A DNA stretch of 42,080 nt from Histomonas meleagridis 2922-C6/04-290x. Lineage: Eukaryota; Protista; Parabasalia. A model generated the notes under the pieces. It made no database searches. It was not told the DNA's origin and worked only from the letters and a program-made list of their open reading frames with translations. Shown one piece after another: positions 1 to 10,312 of the stretch. Positions within the stretch are counted from its first letter, which is position 1; the number at the start of each line of letters is the position of its first letter. Location of the stretch: positions 1 through 42,080 of the forward strand of contig JAANOX010000168.1 in assembly GCA_020184695.1 (NCBI GenBank). The letters run 5' to 3'. The translations under genes and the position numbers were made by a program.

Positions 1-1
1 C

Positions 2-322
2 GTTAAATTTTATGATAAGAATTTAAAACTTCTTGAATCAGTAAATTTAAAGTTTACCGATAACATTCTTACTAAAACAAATAAAAAGAAACTTGTAAAT
101 ATTGCTCCTGCAGAATTAAATAATAAATTTATGAAAGCCAGAAATGATATTGTCAAGAAGATCACAAACGAACTTGTTGAGAAACGTGAAGAAATCGATA
201 ATAGAATTATATCATTAAATGCATATATTGGTAATCAAAATATAGCAATTTCAAAAGAGTTTGAAGGAGAAAAAATAACTTTTCCGGAAAATACAAACGA
301 CAAGAAATCGTTTGATATGTAA
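2..322 (+). CDS. 3' end of an unidentified protein; frame is open to the left window edge
   Basis: Frame from position 2 is stop-free through the listed 131..322 ORF to TAA at 320-322. No recognisable motif; lies next to mobile-element debris. Confidence 0.45.
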   Translation, partial: VKFYDKNLKLLESVNLKFTDNILTKTNKKKLVNIAPAELNNKFMKARNDIVKKITNELVEKREEIDNRIISLNAYIGNQNIAISKEFEGEKITFPENTNDKKSFDM

Positions 323-1389
323 ATCATGTGAAAAATAACTATCACATAACGAAATAAATTTATTTTTAAATTTCAATGTCAGTTTTTTTCACTTTTTTTC
401 AATGAACGCCTTACGTTCGATTCCCGTACAGTGCGTTTTTTGTTAATGTCTTACGTTCGATTCCCAAACCTATTGAATTTTATTTTTGAACTTTTTTTAC
501 TCGTTCTACCTTAACGTTCAACTCTAACGTTCTTCCTTAACGTTCGACTCTAACGTTCTTCCTTAACGTTCACTTTATCCTTCGTCATAAACACCGTCAT
601 AAAATTCGTCATCAAATATTTTTTTTTTTTGCCACTAAATTCAATGACAATTCAAAAAATTTTACGTTTGACACTAATTGATAGTATCATTCAAATCTTG
701 TTTTCAGTACTCATTCAAATCTCATTACTGCCCGCCAATTTCTAATCCTTAACGTTCAATTACCACCAAAATTTTTTTCATTGTAAAATAATTCAATACT
801 TTACTTTTTTTTTTTTTTTAAAAAAAATGCTCCTGTGTCGAGAAACGCGTGTCAGATTTTTTTTTAAGATTTCAATACTTTTAAAACCTTTTTCAGAACT
901 CATTCTAATACATTTCCCGCCAATAATTTTCAGTACCTATTCAATTATTAATCGTTTTGCCACCAAATTAAATGACAATTCAAAAAATTTTACATTTGCC
1001 ACTAAATTAAATGATAATTCAAAATATTTTTTACAACAACTTCAACCGTCATTTTCTCCGTCCGTTAATTTCCGTTAAATTTTAAACGAAAAACGTTTAA
1101 AAAAAAATTTTTGAAATCCGTTAAAAAAAGTTTATTTTTTACAACTTACTTATTCAGCGGTTGTTCAAATTTATCAACCATCATTTTCTCCGTCCGTTTA
1201 TTTTGCGTAAACGGATTTTTATCAAGAACGTTAATTTTTCATCAACTGACATGTGATATGAAATGAAAAAACATGTTATGCGAAATGAATTTTTCGGAAA
1301 TGTTATGAAAAGACATGTTATTTGAAATTGTAAAAAAGTGGTTCCATAAAAAATTCAATAGTGCTGTATCTCGAACCAACGACCTTTAC

Positions 1390-2280
1390 AAAAAAAGTGA
1401 CACTCGAAAAGTGACACAAAATTTCTGAGGGTTAAAAAAATAAAAAAGTGAACCCTTTTTTTGAACCCTCAACGAAACGAAGTAAATTAACATCTTTTCG
1501 GATGATTTTACAAAATAAAAAATTAAAGCTAATTTTAAAAAAATTTAATTTTTTATTTTTAATAAAATATGAGTTGGAAAACTTGCGTCGTAAACCGAAA
1601 TTATGAGATTAACACAGAATACCCTTATGCCATTAGAAGAAAAAATGATAAAAAAATCATTAAAGAATTTTCAATTAAAACTACCGGTTATATTGCATGT
1701 AAATTAAACAGAAAAATTATATCTTAAACATCGTATTGTTGCATTACAATTTATTCCAAATCCTGATGACAAACCTTTTATAGATCATATAGATCACAAT
1801 CGTTCAAACAATCACGTTTCAAATCTCCGTTGGGTTTATCAGTCAGAAAATCTAAAAAATACTTCTTCATATAGCGATAGAGCTTTTGAATTCTTCGACG
1901 AAATCAATGAAGATTCAATTGAAATTTTAGAATACGGTAACCATAAATTTAAAGATTATTATTATGATCCTGAGCTTGATTCTTTCTTCTTCTGGAACGA
2001 CATTAAATTTAGAAAATTAACAATCTGTTATGATAAGCGCGGTTTGGCATTTGTTAGAGCGTATGACGTGAATCATAAAAAAGTACAAGTACGTTATAAA
2101 AAATTCATGAAACTTTACGGATTATTATAAAACTTAGTTTAAATAATTTATTTTTTTGTCATATTCTTTTTGCGTTAAATCCTTCAAAAAATGCTTATTT
2201 TTCTCCGATTCGTTGAGGGTTCACAAAATTTTTGGTTAAAGTTTAACCCTCAAAAATTTTTTAACAGGTACTTTTTTTAA
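1390..2280. mobile_element. HNH endonuclease cassette bounded by nested inverted repeats
   Basis: TGAACCCTCAACGAA (1462-1476) is the exact reverse complement of 2209-2223. TGAGGGTTAAA (1426-1436) is the reverse complement of 2242-2252. The two pairs are nested around the HNH gene. Confidence 0.55.
1569..2130 (+). pseudogene. HNH endonuclease gene with a single 1-nt frameshift
   Basis: ATG 1569 gives MSWKTCVVNRNYEINTEYPYAIRRK...GYIACKLNR. After one extra A in the run at 1712-1716 the frame continues LYLKHRIVALQFIPNPDDKPFIDHIDHNRSNNHVSNLRWV...KLYGLL* (HNH_3-type H..A..F...DHID.NR.NN...NLRW motif). Not in the supplied ORF track. Confidence 0.8.
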
Positions 2281-2580
2281 GTTCAAAAACACTAATAATC
2301 CACATAGAAACACAACGTTCCACATAGGATTAACGTCAAATTCTTACCGATATATCAACCGTCAACTTTTGCGTTAAATCATTCAAAAAATGCTCATTTT
2401 CTCCGTTTCGTTGAGGGTTCACTTTTTGGTTAAAGTTAACCCTCGAAATTTTAAACAGTACTTTTTACATTCACAACCTCAGTTAATAACAACTTTAAGC
2501 TCCAAACACAACTTTCCACATAGGATTAACATCAAAACCTCAGTTAATAACAACTTTCCACATAGGATTAACAACAACTC
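2172..2580. repeat. Imperfect ~200-bp tandem duplication plus short repeated modules
   Basis: 2172-2275 is similar to 2371-2467 (GCGTTAAATC.TTCAAAAAATGCT.ATTTTTCTCCG.TTCGTTGAGGGTTCAC). TTCCACATAGGATTAAC occurs three times and AACCTCAGTTAATAACAACTTT twice in 2318-2575. Confidence 0.8.
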
Positions 2581-2769
2581 AGCCGGATTCATGCATCACA
2601 CATTTAAAAAATAAATGTCATCATGAATTTAAATATATTTTATTACTTTCAATCAAAACCAACCGATTTATGATAATTCAATCGATTTTAGCCGTTCATC
2701 CTTTAGTTTATGTAGCGCGGCTTGAAGCGAGCGTATCACGCGAAGCTTCAATAGCGCTGTGTGTGTGTG

Positions 2770-3025
2770 TGTAATTATCGATTTGGCAGAAACTCTGAAG
2801 ATTAAATTATATTTCATACCACCCGGTATGACTGATGAATCTCAACCATTAGATCGAAGGGTCTTCGGGTGTTTGAAGGCTACAGCACGTTATCTGTTTC
2901 GAAAAGAGTACAATCAAAACAATGAAAAAAAATTTACCAAATTACAAGCAGCACAATGCATGGTTTGGGCATGGGAACACCTGCAACCCAATATAATCCA
3001 AGAATCTTGGTCAATCTATGAATAT
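2770..3025 (+). pseudogene. C-terminal fragment of a pogo/Tc1-like DDE_1 transposase
   Basis: IKLYFIPPGMTDESQPLDRRVFGCLKA matches the DDE_1 'lPp..T..lQPlD..vf..lK' motif. The N-terminal part is absent. Confidence 0.75.
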
Positions 3026-3443
3026 AACATTTATTCATTAATTTTCTTTCAGACAGAAAGTATTCATATTGAGAGAAACGGTTTTTAACGGTCGTAAAAA
3101 TCGCGAATTGGAAAGACATCAGGGTATATTTAATTTAATATTTATCATGTATCTATATTATAGCTAGAAAAAATAGACCCCCGCCACTTCATATAATTTT
3201 TTACTAAGATTTCTAAAAAAAGTGAGAAAAAAATGAAAAAATAGAATGAAAAAAAATTATGCTTTTAATTTTATGAATTACCATTAATAAAATATAATTT
3301 GCATCAAAAATAATCAAAATTGGTCACCAAAAATATATATTTGGAAAAAATCGATTTCGAAATTTCGAACATTTTTTCCCCAATTTGAAAGCAGATTTTT
3401 ATTCAAGTGATGATAAGGATCTAATAAAAATCAAACACCCAAA

Positions 3444-5132
3444 TTGATTTATTTATGTTCAGAAAGCAATTGGACAATTGCTCGATTACCTTTTTCGCTT
3501 GCTAACTCTGATCCGCTCCTTTCCGAGGAGAAAGAACCAGAATCACCTGTTTCTAAGGTAGCCAAGGGAGCTAAGTCAGCTCTCTTCAAATGGGTCACTG
3601 GTTTTTGTGTTGTTATTGGCGTTGTTGCTGTTGCAGTTACATGCTACATGACACTTAAACCAAGCAGCTCTTCCCAAAAGCCAATCCAAGTATCTGACCA
3701 AGCTTCAAACACAATTCCAAACTCTGATGTTGATTTCAACAGTTTAATAATTTATCAAGTTATGGTTTCATCTTTCCAAGGAGATGGATCATCATGCTAT
3801 TGCACAGGATATGGCCCAAGCAGTCACAAAGGAAATCTTAAGGGCATTATTAATTCTCTTGATTACATCAAAGGTCTTGGAGTTAATGCACTTTGGATGA
3901 CACCAGTTTTTGATTCAACCGGAGGTTCAGGTGGTGAACTTTTACAATCCACAGGCTATTTCTGCACTGATTATTTCAATGTTGATCCAAAATTCGGAAC
4001 AAATGATGACTTACGTCGTCTTATCCAAGAAGCACACAACCGTGGTCTTTACGTATTCCTTGATGGTGTCTTTGGTCATCATGGCGGAAATGTCAAAGCA
4101 TCACCAAATGGCAATTATCCACAAGGTGGTTCCAACCCAGTTTCATATCCAGGCAGCCTTGAGTTCTACAAAGAAGTTGCCACATATTGGATCAACAATT
4201 ACGAAATTGATGGCTGGCGTCTTGATCAATGCTATCAAATGTATCAAAACAACCACAACTATTGGAACGAACTTCGTACCGCTGTTGAATCCGCATGTCA
4301 ACAACGTAAGAACCAAGGTAAGCAATGGGGTATTCTCGGATACATGGTTGGCGAAGCCTGGAAATCACAACAAGAAATCCAACAAATGGCGTATTCTCAA
4401 GGCGGTCTTCGCTCTGCCTTTGATTTCCCATCCCGATATGAAATGGTGAAAGTATTAGCAGAAGAAGAAAGCACTGCTGGTGGCTATGACGTCAGCAACA
4501 TGCTTAAGATCTATAAGACACCAGCTGAGAAAGGCTATTCCCATGATTTAGGCGAAGTATATCCAAATCTATTCATCACAAATCACGACTTATGGCGTTT
4601 CGGTAACCTTGTTAAGGGCAAATATGGCTATGGCAAAGAAAACGAGGCATATTGGAAGCGTCATAAGATTGCATTATCATCACTCACAACATATACGGGA
4701 CCAATCACCATCTATTATGGCGACGAAATCGGAGATCTTTGCGACTGTTGGCCAAACTGTGGTACATGGACCATTGCATCTGATAATGTCGGAAGGACAG
4801 ATGGCAAAATTACCGGGTTTGACAGTAACCAACAAGCGCTCCACGACTATACAGCCAAGTTGATTGATATCAGAAAGAAGAACGCCGCATGTTGGAGAGG
4901 TACCAATTCCGCATATACACAAAATGGAGTTTTGGTCAACATTAAGTATGACCAACAAACGAACAACAAGATCGTGTACGTTGTTAACACTGGCACAAGC
5001 GATCAATCATTGTACGTCGCATGTGGCGGAAGTCAATATAGAGATTTGATCTCTGGTGGTAGCTTGGTAGGCTCAGGTGGTTTCAATATCAACGCACAGG
5101 CGTTGACTTCATACATAATACTGGTAGAGTAA
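3444..5132 (+). CDS. GH13 alpha-amylase family glycosidase with N-terminal transmembrane anchor, bacterial-like; start codon uncertain
   Basis: GNLKGIINSLDYIKGLGVNALWMTP, FLDGVFGH, DGWRLD (nucleophile), GEAW (acid/base) and TNHD motifs are intact. Hydrophobic WVTGFCVVIGVVAVAVTCY precedes the catalytic domain. The ORF opens at TTG. Confidence 0.9.
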   Translation: MIYLCSESNWTIARLPFSLANSDPLLSEEKEPESPVSKVAKGAKSALFKWVTGFCVVIGVVAVAVTCYMTLKPSSSSQKPIQVSDQASNTIPNSDVDFNSLIIYQVMVSSFQGDGSSCYCTGYGPSSHKGNLKGIINSLDYIKGLGVNALWMTPVFDSTGGSGGELLQSTGYFCTDYFNVDPKFGTNDDLRRLIQEAHNRGLYVFLDGVFGHHGGNVKASPNGNYPQGGSNPVSYPGSLEFYKEVATYWINNYEIDGWRLDQCYQMYQNNHNYWNELRTAVESACQQRKNQGKQWGILGYMVGEAWKSQQEIQQMAYSQGGLRSAFDFPSRYEMVKVLAEEESTAGGYDVSNMLKIYKTPAEKGYSHDLGEVYPNLFITNHDLWRFGNLVKGKYGYGKENEAYWKRHKIALSSLTTYTGPITIYYGDEIGDLCDCWPNCGTWTIASDNVGRTDGKITGFDSNQQALHDYTAKLIDIRKKNAACWRGTNSAYTQNGVLVNIKYDQQTNNKIVYVVNTGTSDQSLYVACGGSQYRDLISGGSLVGSGGFNINAQALTSYIILVE

Positions 5133-5772
5133 AATAGGAACTACTTTTCAATATGAATCTGTCATTCTTAGCAAATGATAAAATTCACGTGAAAGTGTTG
5201 AAATCGTCCGAAGGTTTTAATACCATTTTGGGAAATATCTATGAATTGGACATCAGCTTTTAAAAGACACTCTAACTATGGATTAAATACATTGGGTAAA
5301 TTGAATGTTGTTTCGGGAAATCATTCCGTATTTTGCTTGTTCATCATAGCAATTTTATAATTACACATACGCGTTGGGTGTAACTAGGCTAACATTATTC
5401 TCCTCCAAAAATTATGCGAAAATTGAGTGAAATCATGATTTTTTTAAAAAAAGATTTAAAATTTTGAAGTAAAAATGTTTGAATTTTTTTACCTTGTTTA
5501 ACCGTGGATTCAGGCTTTTTTCATTCTCTTTTGAGAATTGCTGTTTCACTGTCCTTTGTTGTATAATATCTTTTACTCTACAGACTGGTTTTTTCATCAT
5601 GTGAATTTTCCTTGACATTAAATTTAAATTTGCTTAGGGATCCCTGGGGCCGTTTTTTTGTCACCCGTTCCAACCTTAAATTCTTTTCTAATTTTTTCGA
5701 TTATTCATTCTTTTATGTTTTATAAGTCAATACAATAATTGGTATAATCTAAGCTATAGTCGGATATTATTT

Positions 5773-8700
5773 CTATAGTTCAACTGTTTCAAATAATTTC
5801 CAAAAATATTAAAATAAATTTTAAACAAAATAAATAAATATCTCTTTCATTAATATCAATTCCTTTTTGATCAAGAAGTAATTTAACTATTTCTATACGA
5901 CCAGAATAAGATGCTTTCATAAGTGCTGTTTGAAATAATTTAAATAATTTCCATATATTATTTTGAAATAATAAATTATTAAGGTAAATATCAAATAAAA
6001 TAAATAAATATCTTTGGCATTAATATCAATACTTACTTGATCAAGAAGTAATTTAACTATTTTAGTATAACCTCTTTCAGAAGTCCAAATAAGTGCTGTT
6101 CTAAACAATTTAAATAATTTTCAAATGTTATTTTGTAATCCAAAATTATTAAAATGAATATTAAAACAAATTAATAAATATCTTTATCATTAATATCAAT
6201 TCCTTTTTGTTTAAGAAGCACTTCAACAATTTCTATATAACCATTTAAAGATGCCCAAATAAGTGCTGTTCTAAATAATTTAAATAATTTCCAAATATTA
6301 TTTTGTAATCCAAAATTATTAAGATAAATATCAAATAAAACAAATAAATATCTTTAGCATTAATATCAATTCCTTCTTGTTCAAGAAGCACTTCAACAAT
6401 TTCTATATAACCATTTAAAGATGCTGTAATAAGTGCTGTTCTAAATAATTTAAATCATTTTCAAATATTATTTTGTAATCCAAAATTATTACAATAAATA
6501 TCAAATAAAACAAATTAATATTTTTAGCATTAATATCAATTCCTTCTTGTTCAAGAAGCAATTTAACTATTTCTGTATAACCTTTTTCAGATGCATAAAT
6601 TAGTGCTGTTTTAAATAATTTGAACAATTTCCAAATATTATTTTGAAATCCAAAATTATTATAATAAATTTTAAATAAAACATATAAACTTCTTTAGCAT
6701 TAATATCAATTCCTTCTTGTTCAAGAAGTAATTTAACTATTTCTGTATGACCATTTGAAGATGCAAACATAAGTGCTGTATTAAATAATTTAAATAATTT
6801 CCAAATATTATTTTGAAATCCAAAATTATTATAATAAATTTTAAATAAAACAAATAAATATTTTTAGCATTAATATCAATTCCTTTTTGTTTAAGAAGTA
6901 ATTTAACTATTTCTATATGACCTTCTGAAGATGTACAAATAAGTGCTGTATTAAATATTTTAAATAATTTCCAAATATTATTTTGAAATATCAAATTATT
7001 ATAATAAATTTTATATAAAACATATAAATATCTTTAGCATTAATATCAATTCCTTTTTGTTTAAGAAGTAATTTAACTATTTCTGTATAACCTTTTTCAG
7101 ATGCATAAATTAGTGCTGTTTCAAATAATTTAAATAATTTCCAAATATTATTTTGAAATATAAAATTATTAAAATAAATTTTATACAGAGTAAATTGATA
7201 TCTTTCGCATTGAAATCGATTCCTTTTTTCTCAAGAATTAATTTAACAATTCCATTTTGATTTCTTTTAATTGCTAACAAAAGCAGTGTTTCAAATATAT
7301 CAAAAAAACTCCAAATTTTATAATGAAAAATTTTCAAATAGAATGAAAAAAAATTTTTATCATTTAAATCATTATCATTGTGATTAAGAAGGAACTGAAA
7401 AACATCATAATATTTGTTTTCATATGCTTGGTTTATTGCTGTTTCAAATTATTTTGATGAAAAATCCATAATTTGATATAAAACATAAAACTGTTTTTAT
7501 AAACGTTATGATTAATAAGTTAACATTCCTAGAATTTAAATTACATCCATTTGCAACAAGTAAACGAACAATTTCAAAATGACCTTTTTTACTTGCTATT
7601 AAAATTGCCGAATCAATTAAATTCAAGAAATACCATAAATTAAATAAGAACTGTTTTAAATCAAATCAAGAAATAGTTCTCACATTAATATCAATATTTT
7701 TTTGCTCAAGTAAAAATTGAACAATTTCAACATGGTTATTTGAACATGCTGCATGAAGAAGAGAAAAAAATTCATTAAATAAACATTAAATTATGATAAA
7801 AATCATTAAAAAATTTATATTAATACTAATTATATTAAAAAAATATTTTTTATATTAACATTTACACCTTTTTCTAAAATAAAAAATTTAACAAGATTAA
7901 TATATCCTTTTAAACATGCACAAATAGGAGTAATTTCAAATGATATTATAATATTCTAAAATCAATATTGAAATATAAAATTATTAAAATAAATATTAAA
8001 CAAAATAAAAATATGTTTTCATAATAGAGATCAATTCCATCTTGCTCAATTATATATTTAACAAGTTCAATATTTCCTGAATTTATTGCTTCAATTAAAA
8101 TATCTTTTGGAATTTCATTTTTTCTGATGAAATATTTCGTCAGAAATAAATTACCTGTTTTTACTGATAGATTAATAATATCTTCATTAATTGTTAGCCC
8201 TTGTTCAAGTAAAAATGAGAAAACTTCAAAATTAAATGAATAAAGACATATCTTTGCTAACTCTTCTATTTTTTTATATTTCTCAAAATTATTTTCATAA
8301 ATATATTTAAAGACATCATTTCGATGAAATTTAATTGATACTTCATAAGCACCTTCAAATGTCTTTACTTGGACATTCTTTTGCTTTAAATTGTAACAAT
8401 ATACTTTTATCTATAATATTTCGTTTAGTCATACAATGTAGCAGATATAATGATTCATTAGAGCTATAGTTAAGGAGAACTTGTGTAAAAACATCAAAAA
8501 TTCGAGAACAATATTTTTCTTTAGTTTGAATTAATTGAAGCATTTGAATACAAAGTTCACCATCATTGGTATTATATAAAATATAAGAATATATTAATTG
8601 ACAAACGATATAATTAAAAGAGAATTGAGTTTTTTTGTTAAATAAAAACAATAATTGATTAACATTTTCCTCAATATTATCTCTTTTTATATCAAAAATA

Positions 8701-8774
8701 ATTTTTTCTATCTTTTGTAGGTATTTGAGTTCAGATGTTCTTAACTTTTTATTTTGCTTTGGCTTTTTCTTCAT
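5773..8774 (-). CDS. DUF3447-like plus multi-ankyrin-repeat gene interrupted by 52 ~17-nt spacers; also has an internal deletion/frameshift near 8370, so may be a pseudogene
   Basis: Stop-free ankyrin cores (e.g. TALICTSSEGHIEIVKLLLKQKGIDINAKN) are separated by linkers of 83, 80, 63, 82, 63, 8x80 and 52 nt that parse as 17-nt spacers plus single codons. FHRNDVFKYIYEN matches the DUF3447-type region. Relative to the 38.4-kb paralogue, about 150 codons are missing at a frame change near 8370. Confidence 0.7.
5790..7290 (-). repeat. Tandem array with an exact 170-bp period (90-nt ankyrin core plus 80-nt linker)
   Basis: The motif AGTGCTGT (AGCAGTGT in the last copy) recurs at 5922, 6092, 6262, 6432, 6602, 6772, 6942, 7112 and 7282. 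Confidence 0.95.
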
Positions 8775-9229
8775 TAAATATAATATCAAATCAAAATTTA
8801 ATTGGATTACAAAAAAGTACTAGTATATAAAACCGTTCAATTTTACGCATAATAGTAAATTAAAAACATGTTTATATAAAAAATAACTATTTATAATGTT
8901 TTTACGTGTAACTATTTGTGCTGCATTAAATAATATATGTTAGTCAAATTATTTAAATCTAGCGCTGTACAGAACCATTAGGTTTTATCAGAAAGAGGAT
9001 ACGGTAAACCTTTGATTGTGTGCCACATAAAACTTAATGGTTTTCATGAAAAAGATGAAAATATATGTTATCTTTGTTTCATGAGAAAAGCATATTTTTT
9101 ACAAGCATTCAATTTCACTCAAAAAATGGTGGTTGGACCAGTTATATAGTCAAAATTTCAATTTCTGTTATTTCACCATTTTTACAACAAATATATCGGA
9201 TATGCTCAAATTATAATCAAAATAAATGA

Positions 9230-9480
9230 GATTTAAATTATTTAAAATACCACTTATTTTAGCTTCTGATAGAGGTCATACAGAAATAGTTAAATCGCCT
9301 TATAATGAGAAAGGAAATGATGTTAATATTTAAGATTTTTAATTTGATATTTATTTTAATAATTTTTTATTTTAAAATAAAATTTAAAAATTATTTAAAT
9401 TATTTAAAACAGCACTTGATTGGATATTTAACAAAGGCCATTTATGAATAGTCAAATTGCTTCTTGAAAAAGAAAAAAAA
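9230..9480 (+). pseudogene. Degenerate two-repeat ankyrin remnant carrying the same 17-nt spacers
   Basis: IPLILASDRGHTEIVK..NEKGNDVNI*D, then GAT [ATTTATTTTAATAATTT] TTT [ATTTTAAAATAAAATTT] AAA [AATTATTTAAATTATTT] AAA ACA GCA CTT, then TALDWIFNKGHL*IVKLLLEK. Stops lie inside the cores. Confidence 0.75.
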
Positions 9481-10312
9481 ACACTAAAAGTACCCGTCCG
9501 TCTTACTCGGTCTTTATTTTAATAATATGAAGTTTACAAATATTTTTTGAAAATTGTTTTAAATATTGAAAACAGCAGTTGAAGAAGAAGGTTATGACTA
9601 CAGTCAAGAGTATAATGATTATTCCAATGGACCTACAGAAGAATGAAGGATTCCTCTAAAATTCGGTATAACACTTTATTTTATGACAAAATAAATAATA
9701 ACTCAATTATATTTATAAATTTTTTTCAAAATAATCTTATTAATATTTAATATTCATTTACACGTAAAGATTTAAATTCATTCATGAAAAATAGGTGATT
9801 CATTTTTGGATAACTTTTTATGATTTTTGATATAATAATACTACTATATTGTGTTGTGATACTCAAAATATATTCGTTCGCAAAAAATGCTATTTCTTCA
9901 GAAGTTAAACATGTTTATGTTATAACATATTTTATTGTAGTTAATATAACAAAACGAAGAAGAAATTATATTTACCAAATCTTTTCTTGTAAAAACTGAA
10001 AGAATAAAATTCTAAATAATATTTTAAAGACATTACAAAAAAGGAACAGATGAAATAATTTTTAGCTAAAAATGTGTACAACATAATAATCGAAAATTGC
10101 AGGTTAGAAGTAGGATAAACATATGAATAAAAAGTAAGCATCACTAAGTCAAACATAAAACTGGATAAACGATGAACAAATTCAATGATCGATAGGATGT
10201 ATACCACAGAAAAAAATTTCTTCATTTTAAAGGCTTTGTCTAATCTTTTCATTTATGACAATTGTTTTCAATTCCGATCACACACAAAAATAATTTTTAA
10301 TAATTTTTTACT

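Noticed and set aside
3910-5049. Alternative-frame and antisense ORFs within the amylase gene (and similar ones inside the DMT, WD40, CID and Kri1 genes)
   Set aside because: Shadow ORFs of GC-richer coding sequence with no recognisable motifs.
5788-7290. Stop-codon reassignment or readthrough explaining the broken ankyrin ORFs
   Set aside because: The 170-nt period is not a multiple of 3, so successive cores are in different frames. Other genes in the window use standard stops.
5790-7290. CRISPR-like array
   Set aside because: The repeated part encodes ankyrin cores, the DNA is eukaryotic, and no cas genes are present.
5788-8014. Linkers as single canonical GT-AG or U12 AT-AC introns of 68 nt
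   Set aside because: Most linkers have no GT at the 5' side, the bases before the next core vary (AG, AA, GA, CA), and there is no ACTAAC branch or ATATCCTT motif. One contiguous removal does not recover the central GGA codon.
5788-8014. Sequencing or assembly error as the origin of the linkers
   Set aside because: Errors would not give 17-nt units at codon boundaries in four loci, including spacers with unrelated sequence, nor restore the ankyrin consensus.
9560-10252. Hydrophobic minus-strand ORF 9941-10252 and downstream open stretches
   Set aside because: No family recognised and no convincing 17+3 parse; possibly a decayed gene but unsupported.
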